This document shows positions 36,720 to 46,772 of a stretch of DNA of 64,000 nucleotides, piece by piece (position 1 is the first letter of the stretch; every line of letters begins with the position of its first letter). Source of the DNA: Syntrophaceae bacterium (GTDB lineage Bacteria; Desulfobacterota; Syntrophia; Syntrophales; Smithellaceae); assembly GCA_009773315.1 (NCBI GenBank), contig WRPE01000005.1:23842-87841 (forward strand). Reading direction: 5' to 3'. Under the pieces are notes generated by a model, which worked only from the letters and a program-made list of their open reading frames with translations, searched no databases and had not been told where the DNA came from. The position numbers and the translations under genes are program-made.

Positions 36720-39668
36720 ATGAATATTTTAAAAAAAATCCTGATTGTCATCATCGCTTTAGCGGTCTTTATCAGCATTGCCGGCTTCCTTGTTCTTCCC
36801 GCCGTTCTTAAACCTGTCCTGACCAAGAAGATTTCCGAGGCCTTACACCGGGAAACATCTATTGCTCAAATAAAAATTAATCCCTTTGCTCTTTCGGCAA
36901 CGATTAAGGGATTTAAACTGGCTGACCCCGGAAAGAGTTCGCCGTTTGTCACATTTGATGAGCTCTACGTCAACGTCAATGTCATGACGTCCATCTTCAG
37001 GCGGGCTTTACTCCTGGAAGAAATACGTCTTCATAAACCTTACGTTGGCGTTACACGAAAGAAAGACGGGTCCTATAATTTTTCCGATCTGATTCCGAAA
37101 ACGGAAACCAAAAAAGAAGAGCCGGCCAAACCTTTTCTTTTTTCAGTCAACAATATTCAGATTGTAGGCGGAAATATTGATTTCCGCGACATGCCCAATA
37201 ATACCGATCATGCAATACGGGAGCTTAATATCTCGGTTCCTTTTGTTTCCAATATCGATTATTACATGAAAAATTATGTCGAACCTAAATTTTCGGCCAT
37301 TGTGAATGGCCATACCTTTGCTGTAGCCGGAAAAACTCAGCCCTTCCTGACGTCGCGGGAAACCCTTTTTGATATTGAGATAAAGGATATTGATGTCCCC
37401 TTTTATTTGCAATATGTGCCGGTGAAGATGAACTTTAAACTCACTGAGGCGCGGCTGGACACCAAGATTCAACTGAACTTCATCATGCACAAGGACAAAT
37501 CGCCCGAATTGAAACTGACCGGTCAGGCCGCCTTAAGAAAAGTGACTCTGGACGATTTGCAGGGAAACAAGATCCTGCGACTTCCCGCTCTCACGGTGAA
37601 TCTCGCCTCCGTCGAACCGTTTGTTCCCAAAGTTCATCTGACCCAAATTGCGCTCGATGCCCCTCAACTGGTGATCCGGCGAGATAAAAAGGGCAATATC
37701 AATCTGCTTAATCTTGTCGGGCCTGACAAAAAAGATGCACAAACCAAACCGCCGGACACGCCGGGCAAGCCCGATGATGGGGCTAAAAAGAAAAAAGAAC
37801 TGATCCTTCTCGTCGACAGTTTCTTGATCGACAAAGCCGATATAACGTTTATTGACGCACAACCAACAAAGCCGGTGAAAATCGAGATCAACCCCTTGCA
37901 CCTGAGCGTGTCCAAGATTTCCCTGAAGAAAGGTGACTTAGCCGATGTTGACCTGGCTTTGTTTATTGATAAAAAAAGCAACATAACGGCGAAAGGCCCG
38001 GTCGGCATCGATCCGCTTGCCGCCAATCTGGCGCTGGAAGTAAAGAACCTGGCCATCCGCCCGTTCCAGCCTTATTTTACCGAATCCGTTCAACTGGATG
38101 TCACACACGGCTCCATTTCGACTGCCGGGAATATTGCGCTGAATCTGGATGCGAAAAACAAACCCAGCGTCAAATATACAGGCAACCTTTCCGTTTCCAA
38201 TCTGGCAACCATTGACAAGGCACACTCGCTTGATTTTCTGAAATGGAAGCAACTGAATTTTCAGTCTCTCGCAGCAGGCTACAATCCACTCTTTGTGAAC
38301 ATCAAGGAAATCTCGCTTAAAGATTTCTTTACTAAAATCGTCATCAATCAGGGCGGCAGCACCAATATTCAGGATATCACCGGCGCGCCAAAGACAGAAA
38401 CAGACAAGCCAAAAACACCTGAGGGGGCGCAGCCTCCTCCAGAAGCCAAGATCGCCAAACCGGTCGAGAAGCCGCCGGATATCAAGATTGGCAAAGTGAA
38501 CTTTCTGGGCGGCACGGTTGATTTTGCAGATTACAATATCAAACCGAACTACAGGGTAAATATGCTCAACCTCAAGGGCAGCGTCACAGGATTGTCCTCG
38601 CAGGAAATCTCCCGAGCCAGGGTGGATTTGACAGGAAATGTCGGTTACGGGTCTTCCCTCGCAATCGCCGGCACGGTGAACCCGCTGAAAAAAGACCTTT
38701 TCGCCGATATTAAAATAAGCATTAAAGACCTTGAAATGAGTCCCGTCACACCCTATACCAGCAAATTCCTGGGCTATCCCATCATCAAGGGCAAGCTCAA
38801 TTTCGAAGTATCCTACCTGATCGATCAGAGAAAACTCACCGCTGAAAACAAAGTTTTCTTTGACCAGTTGACCTTCGGCGATAAAGTGGACAGCCCCGAC
38901 GCCATTAAAGCCCCTGTGACGCTGGCGGTCTCCCTTTTAACCGACCGCAAAGGACAGATCAATCTGGATATTCCGCTCTCCGGAAGCCTTGATGACCCGA
39001 AATTTAAAATCTGGCCGATTGTCTGGCAGATCCTGGTTAACCTGATTACCAAAGCCGTCACGGCCCCCTTCTCGCTTTTGTCCTCTCTAACCGGAGGGGG
39101 AGAGGAAATGAGTTTTGTCGAATTTGATTACGGCAGCGCCAGACTGCCAGAGGCGGGACTTAAAAAAATCGACGCCCTGGCCAAAGCGCTTAACGACCGG
39201 CCCAATATCAAGCTGGAGATTGAAGCCTATGTTGATCCCGCGCAGGATAAAGAAGCTCTGAAAAAAGCCGAGTTCGACCGTCAGATCAAAACGCAAAAGC
39301 TCAAAGAAATGATCGATCGCGGCCAGGCACCTGTGCCGCTTGCGGAACTTACGATTGCTCAGGCTGAATATGAAAAATATCTGACCCTGGCCTATAAAGC
39401 GGCTAAGTTTTCGAAACCACGCTCAGCGCTGGGTATCGCCAAAGCCTTACCGCCGCCGGAAATGGAAAAACTGATCAATGACAACATTGCCATCACGGAG
39501 GGTGATTTGACGGAGCTTTCGGCCAAACGCGCCCAGACCGTTCGCGAGCAGCTGCTGGAGAAGGGTAAAGTCGAGCCGGCGCGGATATTTTTAGTCAAAG
39601 CTCCATCGCTTGCCCCAGAGAAAAAAGAAAAGGTGAAGGACAGTCGGGTAGGTTTTAAATTGAAATAA
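36720..39668 (+). CDS. DUF748/AsmA-like envelope protein
   Basis: N-terminal TM, INPF, DGSYNFSDL repeats, LLTDRKGQINLDIPLSGSLDDPKF, OmpA-like C-terminus. Confidence 0.85.
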   Translation: MNILKKILIVIIALAVFISIAGFLVLPAVLKPVLTKKISEALHRETSIAQIKINPFALSATIKGFKLADPGKSSPFVTFDELYVNVNVMTSIFRRALLLEEIRLHKPYVGVTRKKDGSYNFSDLIPKTETKKEEPAKPFLFSVNNIQIVGGNIDFRDMPNNTDHAIRELNISVPFVSNIDYYMKNYVEPKFSAIVNGHTFAVAGKTQPFLTSRETLFDIEIKDIDVPFYLQYVPVKMNFKLTEARLDTKIQLNFIMHKDKSPELKLTGQAALRKVTLDDLQGNKILRLPALTVNLASVEPFVPKVHLTQIALDAPQLVIRRDKKGNINLLNLVGPDKKDAQTKPPDTPGKPDDGAKKKKELILLVDSFLIDKADITFIDAQPTKPVKIEINPLHLSVSKISLKKGDLADVDLALFIDKKSNITAKGPVGIDPLAANLALEVKNLAIRPFQPYFTESVQLDVTHGSISTAGNIALNLDAKNKPSVKYTGNLSVSNLATIDKAHSLDFLKWKQLNFQSLAAGYNPLFVNIKEISLKDFFTKIVINQGGSTNIQDITGAPKTETDKPKTPEGAQPPPEAKIAKPVEKPPDIKIGKVNFLGGTVDFADYNIKPNYRVNMLNLKGSVTGLSSQEISRARVDLTGNVGYGSSLAIAGTVNPLKKDLFADIKISIKDLEMSPVTPYTSKFLGYPIIKGKLNFEVSYLIDQRKLTAENKVFFDQLTFGDKVDSPDAIKAPVTLAVSLLTDRKGQINLDIPLSGSLDDPKFKIWPIVWQILVNLITKAVTAPFSLLSSLTGGGEEMSFVEFDYGSARLPEAGLKKIDALAKALNDRPNIKLEIEAYVDPAQDKEALKKAEFDRQIKTQKLKEMIDRGQAPVPLAELTIAQAEYEKYLTLAYKAAKFSKPRSALGIAKALPPPEMEKLINDNIAITEGDLTELSAKRAQTVREQLLEKGKVEPARIFLVKAPSLAPEKKEKVKDSRVGFKLK

Positions 39669-39674
39669 GAAATG

Positions 39675-39784
39675 CTAGTGTCTCGTCAATCAAGAAATGT
39701 CATTTCGACCGCAGGGAGAAATCTAAGATTTCTCAGTCGTTATGACTCCTTCGAAATGACAGCGTATCGTTGACAGGACACTAG
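39675..39784. mobile_element. MITE-like 110-bp element with CTAG ends, terminal inverted repeats and nested hairpins
   Basis: ctagtgtctcgtcaa ... ttgacaggacactag ends; internal gtcatttcga...tcgaaatgac and gagaaatct-a-agatttctc. Confidence 0.65.
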
Positions 39785-39808
39785 GGGCACGCCGCGGCGT
39801 GCCCCTAC
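39782..39808. repeat. GTAG-type REP-like palindrome
   Basis: taggggcacgccgcggcgtgcccctac, a perfect palindrome. Confidence 0.7.
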
Positions 39809-39835
39809 CAATCCAATAACCAGAATATGGTGGCC

Positions 39836-40972
39836 ATGAAAAATATTCGATCAGCATTCAACCTATTTTGCCTGAGCATCCTGCTTGTCTCCTGTTCAAC
39901 GTTTATACCGCTCCATCAAGGACAATGTCTTCCCGATTTCCCCTATCAAGACGGATGGTATGGTGGGGATGGCGCCTATTCCATCGCTCTGGATAAACGG
40001 CGCACCCTTTGGATCTTCGGCGACACGTTTGTCTCAGAAGACAAGGGCAGAAAAGATCGGATCGGCATGGATGTCGTCCTGGGAACCACGCTGGCCGTCT
40101 CCACCTGCTCCACTAATCAGAAATTTTCCATTCAGTACTTTCTGAAAAAGAAAAACGGCCAATTTGTATCTTCATTTGGCCAGGACGAATGGCTCTGGCC
40201 GCAGGACCCGTTTATCGCCAGGGACACCCTGTATATTCCCCTGCTTGTTGTTCAGGGCTTGCCGGACGCTCCGCCGCCCTTCAATTTCAAAGTCGCCGGG
40301 CATAAAATCGCCCGGATAAAAGATTTCAAGGCGGATGATCCCCATCAATGGCCGGTTGACTATCTGGATTGGACTCACACGCTGGCCTCCGGCGTTGAGG
40401 CGCTGGCCACAACATCCGTCATTCATCACAATTACGTTTATTTTTATCCCCTCTACCGTTATGCGAAAGATAATGTCAGTATCTCCGGCAACATTCTGGC
40501 GCGGATTTCCACTGATCATTTAGACAACCCGGCAAACTATTGGGAGTATTGGACTCGCGATGGTGCATGGCAAAAGAATTTTAAACCAAACGAGGTGAAA
40601 ATTATTTTTCCCGTCGGCGTTTCCGAATTGAGCGTTCGTTATCACATGCAGGATCAGCAATGGATGGTTGTTTATTTGTCTCCGGAAAAAAAGGGGCATC
40701 AGCTTTTGTATTCAACCGCCGCAAACCCCGAAGGTCCATGGAGTCCTCCTTCGGCTCTTATTGAAGCCGTTGCCGAAGTAGATCCCCGAAGTCCTCTTTA
40801 CGATCAACATACATTTTGCTACGCCGGCAAGGAACATCGCCAATTCGCAAAACCCGGAAGCCTCGTCGTCACCTATGTCTGCAACTCCTCGGAGGATATC
40901 AGCAATCCAAATAGCTTCCTTCGCAAAAATCTTTTCCTTTATCGACCGGTGGTTAAGAACATCAAGCGCTGA
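39836..40972 (+). CDS. DUF4185/DUF5005-like beta-propeller lipoprotein
   Basis: Lipobox LLVSC; GWYGGDGAYSI, LWIFGDTFV, PEGPWS, YAGKEH, LYRP. Confidence 0.7.
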   Translation: MKNIRSAFNLFCLSILLVSCSTFIPLHQGQCLPDFPYQDGWYGGDGAYSIALDKRRTLWIFGDTFVSEDKGRKDRIGMDVVLGTTLAVSTCSTNQKFSIQYFLKKKNGQFVSSFGQDEWLWPQDPFIARDTLYIPLLVVQGLPDAPPPFNFKVAGHKIARIKDFKADDPHQWPVDYLDWTHTLASGVEALATTSVIHHNYVYFYPLYRYAKDNVSISGNILARISTDHLDNPANYWEYWTRDGAWQKNFKPNEVKIIFPVGVSELSVRYHMQDQQWMVVYLSPEKKGHQLLYSTAANPEGPWSPPSALIEAVAEVDPRSPLYDQHTFCYAGKEHRQFAKPGSLVVTYVCNSSEDISNPNSFLRKNLFLYRPVVKNIKR

Positions 40973-40977
40973 TAACG

Positions 40978-42123
40978 CTAGACAACGGTGAGCAGCATAT
41001 AGGCAATCGAAAAGCGACCACTCTCCGGGATGTAGCAGAGAATCTTGTCGCCCTCCTGCAATTTATCGGAATGGAAAAGCTCTTCCATCATGACGTAGAT
41101 GGAAGCCGCGCCGGTGTTGCCTTTATAGGTGAGATTGGTAAACCATTTTTCGTAGGGAACATGGAAGCCGATGCCGACCATCGCGTCATGAATTTTGTCG
41201 CGGAAATACTCGGAGGAATAGTGAGGCAAAAACCAGTCTATCTCTTCGGCTTTGATTTCTCTTCTTTCGATGGCACGCGCCAGGGCCATATCAATGCTGA
41301 CTTTCACAATTTCTTCATTGAGGATTCCGGTATCCTGCTTCAACGCCAGGAAATTTTTGGCCAAAACTTCTTCCATCGAATCCAGCTGACGCCAACCGGT
41401 AACTGTTTTTGTGTCATCGTCTTTGACCCCGCCGGCAAACATGCAGACTTCCATTTGTCCCGCATAGGAGACGTGTTCAATCCAGTCCACGCGTAATGAC
41501 TTCTTACCGTTGTTTTTCCGGGGTGACATAAAGACGGCTCCGGCGGCATCGGAGAGCATCCAGCGCAGAAAATCCGATTCAAAGTTTAAAATGGGATGCC
41601 TTTTAAAATCAGGATCGCCTTTTAAATGTTCAAAGAAATTGGATTTAATGAGCGATGAAGCCAGATCTGAACCGGTCGCCACGGCATTATCGCTCAACTG
41701 CAGGGCTACATTTGCATAAGCGGCTTTAAAGGACGTCATGCCGGAGAGGCAAATCCCCAAAGTGGTGATGACTTCACAGGGCGGCGTTTTCAACTCTCCA
41801 TGCACCATCAGACCGTGACCGGGCAAGATCAGATCCGGCGTGGATGTGCCGCAACAAAGACATTGAATGTCATTGATTGAAAAATTATCATACGGTTTCA
41901 AACACCGCACGGCCTCAGCCGTTAATTGCGCGTTGGTGTAATTTATTTTGCCGGTTTTGCGGTCAATGGCATAGTAGCGGGTATTAATCCCGTTACTTTT
42001 AAGGACACGATTCTTGATCCGGGAAGGAATATTGTGGATATTGCCCAGCACTTCTTCCAGCTGTTCATTGGCGACCGGTTCATTGGGCAAGAAAGCGGCG
42101 ATATCGTTGATGTAAACTTCCAT
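40978..42123 (-). CDS. DarB/StlD-type beta-ketoacyl synthase III
   Basis: VYINDIAAFLPNEPV, GICLSG, FLRWMLSDAAGA, WFLPHYSSEYF, GNTGAAS, PESGRFS. Confidence 0.85.
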   Translation of the reverse strand: MEVYINDIAAFLPNEPVANEQLEEVLGNIHNIPSRIKNRVLKSNGINTRYYAIDRKTGKINYTNAQLTAEAVRCLKPYDNFSINDIQCLCCGTSTPDLILPGHGLMVHGELKTPPCEVITTLGICLSGMTSFKAAYANVALQLSDNAVATGSDLASSLIKSNFFEHLKGDPDFKRHPILNFESDFLRWMLSDAAGAVFMSPRKNNGKKSLRVDWIEHVSYAGQMEVCMFAGGVKDDDTKTVTGWRQLDSMEEVLAKNFLALKQDTGILNEEIVKVSIDMALARAIERREIKAEEIDWFLPHYSSEYFRDKIHDAMVGIGFHVPYEKWFTNLTYKGNTGAASIYVMMEELFHSDKLQEGDKILCYIPESGRFSIAYMLLTVV

Positions 42124-42136
42124 AATTCTCCTTCAA

Positions 42137-43459
42137 TTATTGTGGCCTGTGCGGTTTTTCATGCAGTCTTTTGACTAAATCGGCATACGCCTTGTAAAAT
42201 AAAGCCTCCGGCATTTTTGTTTTCGTCACGGCATTGGTGAATGTATAATAATCCAAATCGAAAATGACAATCTCTTTTTTTATCTCATCATAGAGCGTCG
42301 TCCCCGGGATCGGCGTGAGAATGGATAGGACGGGAATTTCAATTTTATGGGTTACAATGAAATTCTCCAATTTTTCAAAATCATTCTCCGAATACTGGGG
42401 CGCCACGATAAAATCACCAACGATGACAATGCCCAGATCGTGCAGAATCTCAATGGCCTGACGGATAACGTGACCCTGGTATTTCTTGTTGTAGGCTTGC
42501 AGGCGCTCATCTTGAACATCCTCAAAGCCCACCACCACGGCATAGAGGCCCGCCTCTTTCCATTTTGCAAGCAGATCGGGATGTTTGACGATGGTGTCGG
42601 CGCGGACGTCGGCAAAGAATTTTTTACGGATACCGGCTTTCAGAATTTTCCCGCAAAGTTCGGATGCCTGCGCCGCATTGCCAAATGTGTTGGCATCCAC
42701 CATCCGGATGAAAGGAATATCGCCGAGCGTCTGGATATCGCGAAGGACGGCATCGGGCCCATGCGTCAGATATTTTCCGCCGGTGATCCCCGGAATGGTG
42801 CAGAAAGAGCAGTTATGCGTGCAGCCGTATGCCGTGATGACAAAGCCCATCGCCAGCCCCAACTGTTCCAGATAATACTGGCTGCGGTATTTGGCAACCA
42901 GATCATAACGGGGCGCGACATCTTCCATTAAATCGGTCTTACTGAATTGCCGCGGTTTATATGACAAGTGTTTTCCCGGCGACGTACGGGCGACTCCGGC
43001 AATGCCGCAGCCGTTCTCACCTGCGGCCAGACGGTCGATCAATTCCGAAAAACTCTTTTTGCCCAAACCCACAACGATGTAATCAAACTCGGCGCTGTTG
43101 AAATCATGCGGATTATACGTCGCATGGTTGCCGCCGACAACAATGAACGCCTTGCATTGCTTACGGATCTTCGCCGCATAACGGATAACGGTGTTGGCCT
43201 CACACGTCAGCGAGGTAAACCCGACAACATCCGGCTGGAATTGATCGAAGGTTTTCCAGAAAGCGTCCTCATTTTCACACTTCCCATCAAATATCTGAAC
43301 ATCATGCTCGGATAGAGGTCCAGCCAGAACTTCCAGATTAAATGGCTCGCCTTTGAATATCTGTTTGAGAGACGTAATGCCGTATTCTTCTTCCGGGATG
43401 CTGCGGCCGCAGTTAGGAGGATTCATTAGCATGATTTTCATTTTTTGCTTCTTCGGCAT
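42137..43459 (-). CDS. cobalamin-binding radical SAM protein
   Basis: B12-binding region (VVGGNHAT), CTHNCSFC, LTPIPGT. Start trimmed because the longer ORF runs into tRNA-Phe. Confidence 0.9.
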   Translation of the reverse strand: MPKKQKMKIMLMNPPNCGRSIPEEEYGITSLKQIFKGEPFNLEVLAGPLSEHDVQIFDGKCENEDAFWKTFDQFQPDVVGFTSLTCEANTVIRYAAKIRKQCKAFIVVGGNHATYNPHDFNSAEFDYIVVGLGKKSFSELIDRLAAGENGCGIAGVARTSPGKHLSYKPRQFSKTDLMEDVAPRYDLVAKYRSQYYLEQLGLAMGFVITAYGCTHNCSFCTIPGITGGKYLTHGPDAVLRDIQTLGDIPFIRMVDANTFGNAAQASELCGKILKAGIRKKFFADVRADTIVKHPDLLAKWKEAGLYAVVVGFEDVQDERLQAYNKKYQGHVIRQAIEILHDLGIVIVGDFIVAPQYSENDFEKLENFIVTHKIEIPVLSILTPIPGTTLYDEIKKEIVIFDLDYYTFTNAVTKTKMPEALFYKAYADLVKRLHEKPHRPQ

Positions 43460-43510
43460 AACTGAAAATTTTAAAATAATTCCTTTTTTGTGGACAAATG
43501 TGGACAAAAC

Positions 43511-43540
43511 AAAAATGGGCTCCATCTCTGGAGCCCTTAT
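43511..43540 (-). terminator. intrinsic terminator after tRNA-Phe
   Basis: gggctcca-N4-tggagccc hairpin followed by a T run on the minus strand. Confidence 0.7.
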
Positions 43541-43543
43541 TCC

Positions 43544-43619
43544 TGGTGGGCCAGGGCAGAATTGAACTGCCGACACTCGGATTTTCAGTCCGATGCTCTA
43601 CCGACTGAGCTACCGGCCC
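43544..43619 (-). tRNA. tRNA-Phe(GAA)
   Basis: GGGCCGGTAGCTCAGTCGGTAGAGCATCGGACTGAAAATCCGAGTGTCGGCAGTTCAATTCTGCCCTGGCCCACCA; 76 nt with encoded CCA. Confidence 0.97.
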
Positions 43620-43677
43620 GCCTTGTTGATTAAACCTGTGAAAGGCAGGAAACGTCTATAAAATAAGGTTTCTTTTG

Positions 43678-44316
43678 TCAAGGTATTTTTTGGCCGTCCG
43701 CCCCCGTTGCCTCTTCAGGGGACGGCGTTTCCGGCTTTTTCACTTCCGGACGTGAAAAGTTCCCGGATGTGTCGCCAAACTGAATGGGGCTTTCCGCCAC
43801 AGGTTTGGAATCGGGAATGGTAATTCCGGGAGCACTCCCCTGCGGATCGCGAATAATAACCACTGTGCCGGCGATTTTGTCATGCCATCCCTGCTTCTTT
43901 TTGTCAAAAGCAGCCCAGATATAACCAAGAGGCACTGTAAATAATAAGCTGGAAAACAGATAGCCCACCGATCTTAAAAAAGCGATGCCGAAAGAAATCG
44001 GACTACCGTCGGCGGATACAACCTGCAGGCCTAGTAACTTTTTGCCAGGCGTCCGGCCATTCAGGCCATGAAAATATGTAAAATAAGCGATAAAGGGCAA
44101 AACGTATAATGCCGAGATGACAATTCCAATTGAACCAAAACGGTCAAGGTTAGTCAGTTTGTCAATCCAGATCTGACTGTCACTGGACATCACTCCGGAA
44201 AAATAAGCAAGACCGGCCACAATTGCCAGAACAATAAAAACAGCACCGATGATGACTCCGTCAATGGAATAGGCCACCAAGCGCCGCCAGAAACCCGCGA
44301 ATTGGTATGTCGTCAT
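43678..44316 (-). CDS. RDD family membrane protein
   Basis: AGFWRRLVAYSID, GRTPGKKLLGLQVV, QGWHDKIAGTVV. Confidence 0.9.
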   Translation of the reverse strand: MTTYQFAGFWRRLVAYSIDGVIIGAVFIVLAIVAGLAYFSGVMSSDSQIWIDKLTNLDRFGSIGIVISALYVLPFIAYFTYFHGLNGRTPGKKLLGLQVVSADGSPISFGIAFLRSVGYLFSSLLFTVPLGYIWAAFDKKKQGWHDKIAGTVVIIRDPQGSAPGITIPDSKPVAESPIQFGDTSGNFSRPEVKKPETPSPEEATGADGQKIP

Positions 44317-45086
44317 TTTTCTTCCTCTCCTGCTCCTTGGCTGAATATGCCTTTTTCATACTGGATAATGGACAAAATCGCCGCTGCCGCTGTTTCCACC
44401 TTTAAGATTCGCTTGCCGAGACTCACCGAAATAAAATCTGACTCCTTGGCCTTGGCGACTTCATCCCGGGACAACCCGCCTTCGGGGCCCACGACGATAA
44501 AATAACGCACAACCATTTCAAACCTTTGATTATTTAACACATCCCTGATGTTTTGTTGATCTTCTTCTTCCCAAAAAATCAATTTCCGGGCGTCGGCTGT
44601 TGCCCTCAGGAGCATATCGGCAAAAGATAAAACCGGCTCTATGGCGGCCACATGAGGACTGCGCGAGCAGCGAGCCGCTTCCTGGACAATTTTTTGCCAG
44701 CGGGTGACTTTTGCTCCCGCTTTCTCTCCTTCGATCCGGCTGACCGAGCGGGCGGCTGTAAAAGGGATAATGACATCCGCACCCAATTCAGCGGCCGTTT
44801 TGACGATCAGATCCATTTTCCCCGCTTTCGGAATCGCCTGGGCCAGCGTAATGCTGATTTTTTTATCCGCCTGCGGAATTTGCGCTCCCAGACAAACATT
44901 CACGCCGGAAGCGCTGAAATCTTCAATTCGCGCTTCAAACTCATGTCCAAAGCCGTCGAAGATAATGATCTTGTCGCCGGATTTGAGGCGCAGAACCGTT
45001 TTTAAATACCGGAGATTATCCGTGCCCGGCAGGCAGGTTGTCGCATTTTGCAGCGTTTCGGAACTGTATATTCGGGGCAGAGTCAA
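44313..45086 (-). CDS. rsmE: 16S rRNA m3U1498 methyltransferase
   Basis: VLRLKSGD, KTAAELG, VGPEGG, LGKRILKVETA. Confidence 0.92.
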   Translation of the reverse strand: MTLPRIYSSETLQNATTCLPGTDNLRYLKTVLRLKSGDKIIIFDGFGHEFEARIEDFSASGVNVCLGAQIPQADKKISITLAQAIPKAGKMDLIVKTAAELGADVIIPFTAARSVSRIEGEKAGAKVTRWQKIVQEAARCSRSPHVAAIEPVLSFADMLLRATADARKLIFWEEEDQQNIRDVLNNQRFEMVVRYFIVVGPEGGLSRDEVAKAKESDFISVSLGKRILKVETAAAAILSIIQYEKGIFSQGAGEEEK

Positions 45087-45128
45087 AGCCAAACACTTCC
45101 CTTGAAAGATTTTACTGCCTGCAAACAA

Positions 45129-46076
45129 TCAGGATGTCACCTCTGCTCGATTCCTTTTCAGCACGAAACAGACCCATTCTTTTTCAGTGAGTTTATTGTG
45201 CACCACCAGCGGCGCGACGATGAAATACTCCTCGATTGCGGGGATATCAGGCTCGATGATCCCGGAAATAATCAGATAGCCGCCAGGCATTAACAGCTGA
45301 ACCAGATGCGCATGCAGTTTCAACAGCATTTTAGCTGTCAGATTGGCAATGATCAGATTGCGCGGTTGGCTGATTTGCGCCGCGTCTTCATTCAATATTC
45401 GCAAACGGTCGGACACCGCGTTGATGACAGCGTTTTCGGCCGCAATTTCCGTCGCCTTGGAATCGTTGTCCACGCAAACCACATCCCCAGCGCCCATCTT
45501 AGCGGCGGTAATGCCCAGGATGCCCGTGCCGCAGCCGACATCGAGCACTTTCCATTCCGTAATGGAACGATCCTTCAAAATAACATCTTCAATGGCTTCC
45601 ATACACATGCGTGTGGAAGCATGCTGGCCGGTGCCGAAAGCCATGCCCGGATCAATTTCCACCACAATATCGCGACTGTCAGGCGTATATCTTTCCCAGG
45701 TTGGTTTGACAACGATATTCTTACAGACGCGAATCGGTTTGAAATATTTTTTCCACTGTTCGCCCCAGTCCGGATCGGCAATGATCTCGGTCGAAAGGGA
45801 AGGCGCGCTGACATCAGGGAAAATCTCTTCAAGACTTTTCAAATATTTGCGCACATTGTAAATCCGCTTTTCGCTGCGGATATCAGCGGGAAAAAAGGCT
45901 TGAATCACTTCAACGCCCTCCGGCTCTGGAAAATCAGTCGCACCGGGCGGCAATAGCGATTCGGAGAACACACCCTGCGCGCCGGTTTCCTCCAAAAAAT
46001 TGCTTAGAGCATCGACCAGATCCGCAGGCGCTGTTATTTCAATTTTCAGCCATTTTTCCGGTTCTTTGGGAGTCAT
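45129..46076 (-). CDS. prmA: ribosomal protein L11 methyltransferase
   Basis: WKKYFKP, IDPGMAFGTGQHASTRMC, LDVGCGTGIL. Confidence 0.95.
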   Translation of the reverse strand: MTPKEPEKWLKIEITAPADLVDALSNFLEETGAQGVFSESLLPPGATDFPEPEGVEVIQAFFPADIRSEKRIYNVRKYLKSLEEIFPDVSAPSLSTEIIADPDWGEQWKKYFKPIRVCKNIVVKPTWERYTPDSRDIVVEIDPGMAFGTGQHASTRMCMEAIEDVILKDRSITEWKVLDVGCGTGILGITAAKMGAGDVVCVDNDSKATEIAAENAVINAVSDRLRILNEDAAQISQPRNLIIANLTAKMLLKLHAHLVQLLMPGGYLIISGIIEPDIPAIEEYFIVAPLVVHNKLTEKEWVCFVLKRNRAEVTS

Positions 46077-46104
46077 GTTCAACCTTAATTGCCCTTGGAA
46101 ATTA

Positions 46105-46206
46105 TTAATTCCGCTGTTGCGGGACGAGCGTCAATTCTCCGCAACTTGCTGCGATATAATGACGTTCATTTCATACCTCGACAGCGAGCTCGCGAGGTGG
46201 TTGATT
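46105..46206 (-). repeat. ~103-bp palindromic dispersed repeat, copy 2
   Basis: Reverse complement matches 11395-11497 with few mismatches or indels. Confidence 0.9.
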
Positions 46207-46491
46207 AATTGGTCATTCCTATAACCTGTTTTTGTTAATATATCAAGCCGCGTCCCAGAAAAGGCACGGATTGATATCTTGACAAATTTTTTTTGAAAGC
46301 TTATGCTGCAACTGGTAATACCATCAGCCACCTGAGCAAAAGATGGATCTATTAAGAGCTTTGCACAACCACATAAAACTAACAATTTTGTCATTCCCGC
46401 GTAGTTTGTCAAAGGAGAAAAATATCTCCACAACATGATCAATCAGGAAGGATAGCCGGTTTACGGCGCCGTCCTCACAGGAGAGGTCTCT

Positions 46492-46605
46492 ATGCTAAAC
46501 CCTTTAAAATCCGAACATGCCATCAAAGAACCCTCAGGATTATCCGACCGCATCCAATGGTTGAGGGATTATTATTTCCGTGGAACCGAACGGGCCTGGA
46601 ATTGA
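46492..46605 (+). pseudogene. 37-codon gene remnant, possibly the N-terminus of a glycyl-radical (PFL-family) enzyme
   Basis: Strong RBS (AGGAGAGG), then MLNPLKSEHAIKEPSGLSDRIQWLRDYYFRGTERAWN*. Family assignment is from recollection only. Confidence 0.35.
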
Positions 46606-46772
46606 GGCGTCTTTAACAGCTATGACCGTTATCGGGGCGTCAAGTTGGGCACGCTGGATATTGACTGGGTCTACAATTCCATCTCGCCCAATCACGGACA
46701 GATTTACCCGCCGGTGCCTCTGGAAGCAGTCGCCAATTTCTAAAAAGTGTGTTTATGGCGCTGTCTTAGGTT

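Noticed and set aside
43460-43576. N-terminal extension of the radical SAM ORF
   Set aside because: It overlaps tRNA-Phe and its terminator.
46131-46442. 103-aa minus-strand ORF upstream of prmA; also ORFs 14098-14337 and 27841-28044
   Set aside because: The first spans the dispersed repeat and promoter-like DNA; none of the three has a recognisable motif or convincing RBS.
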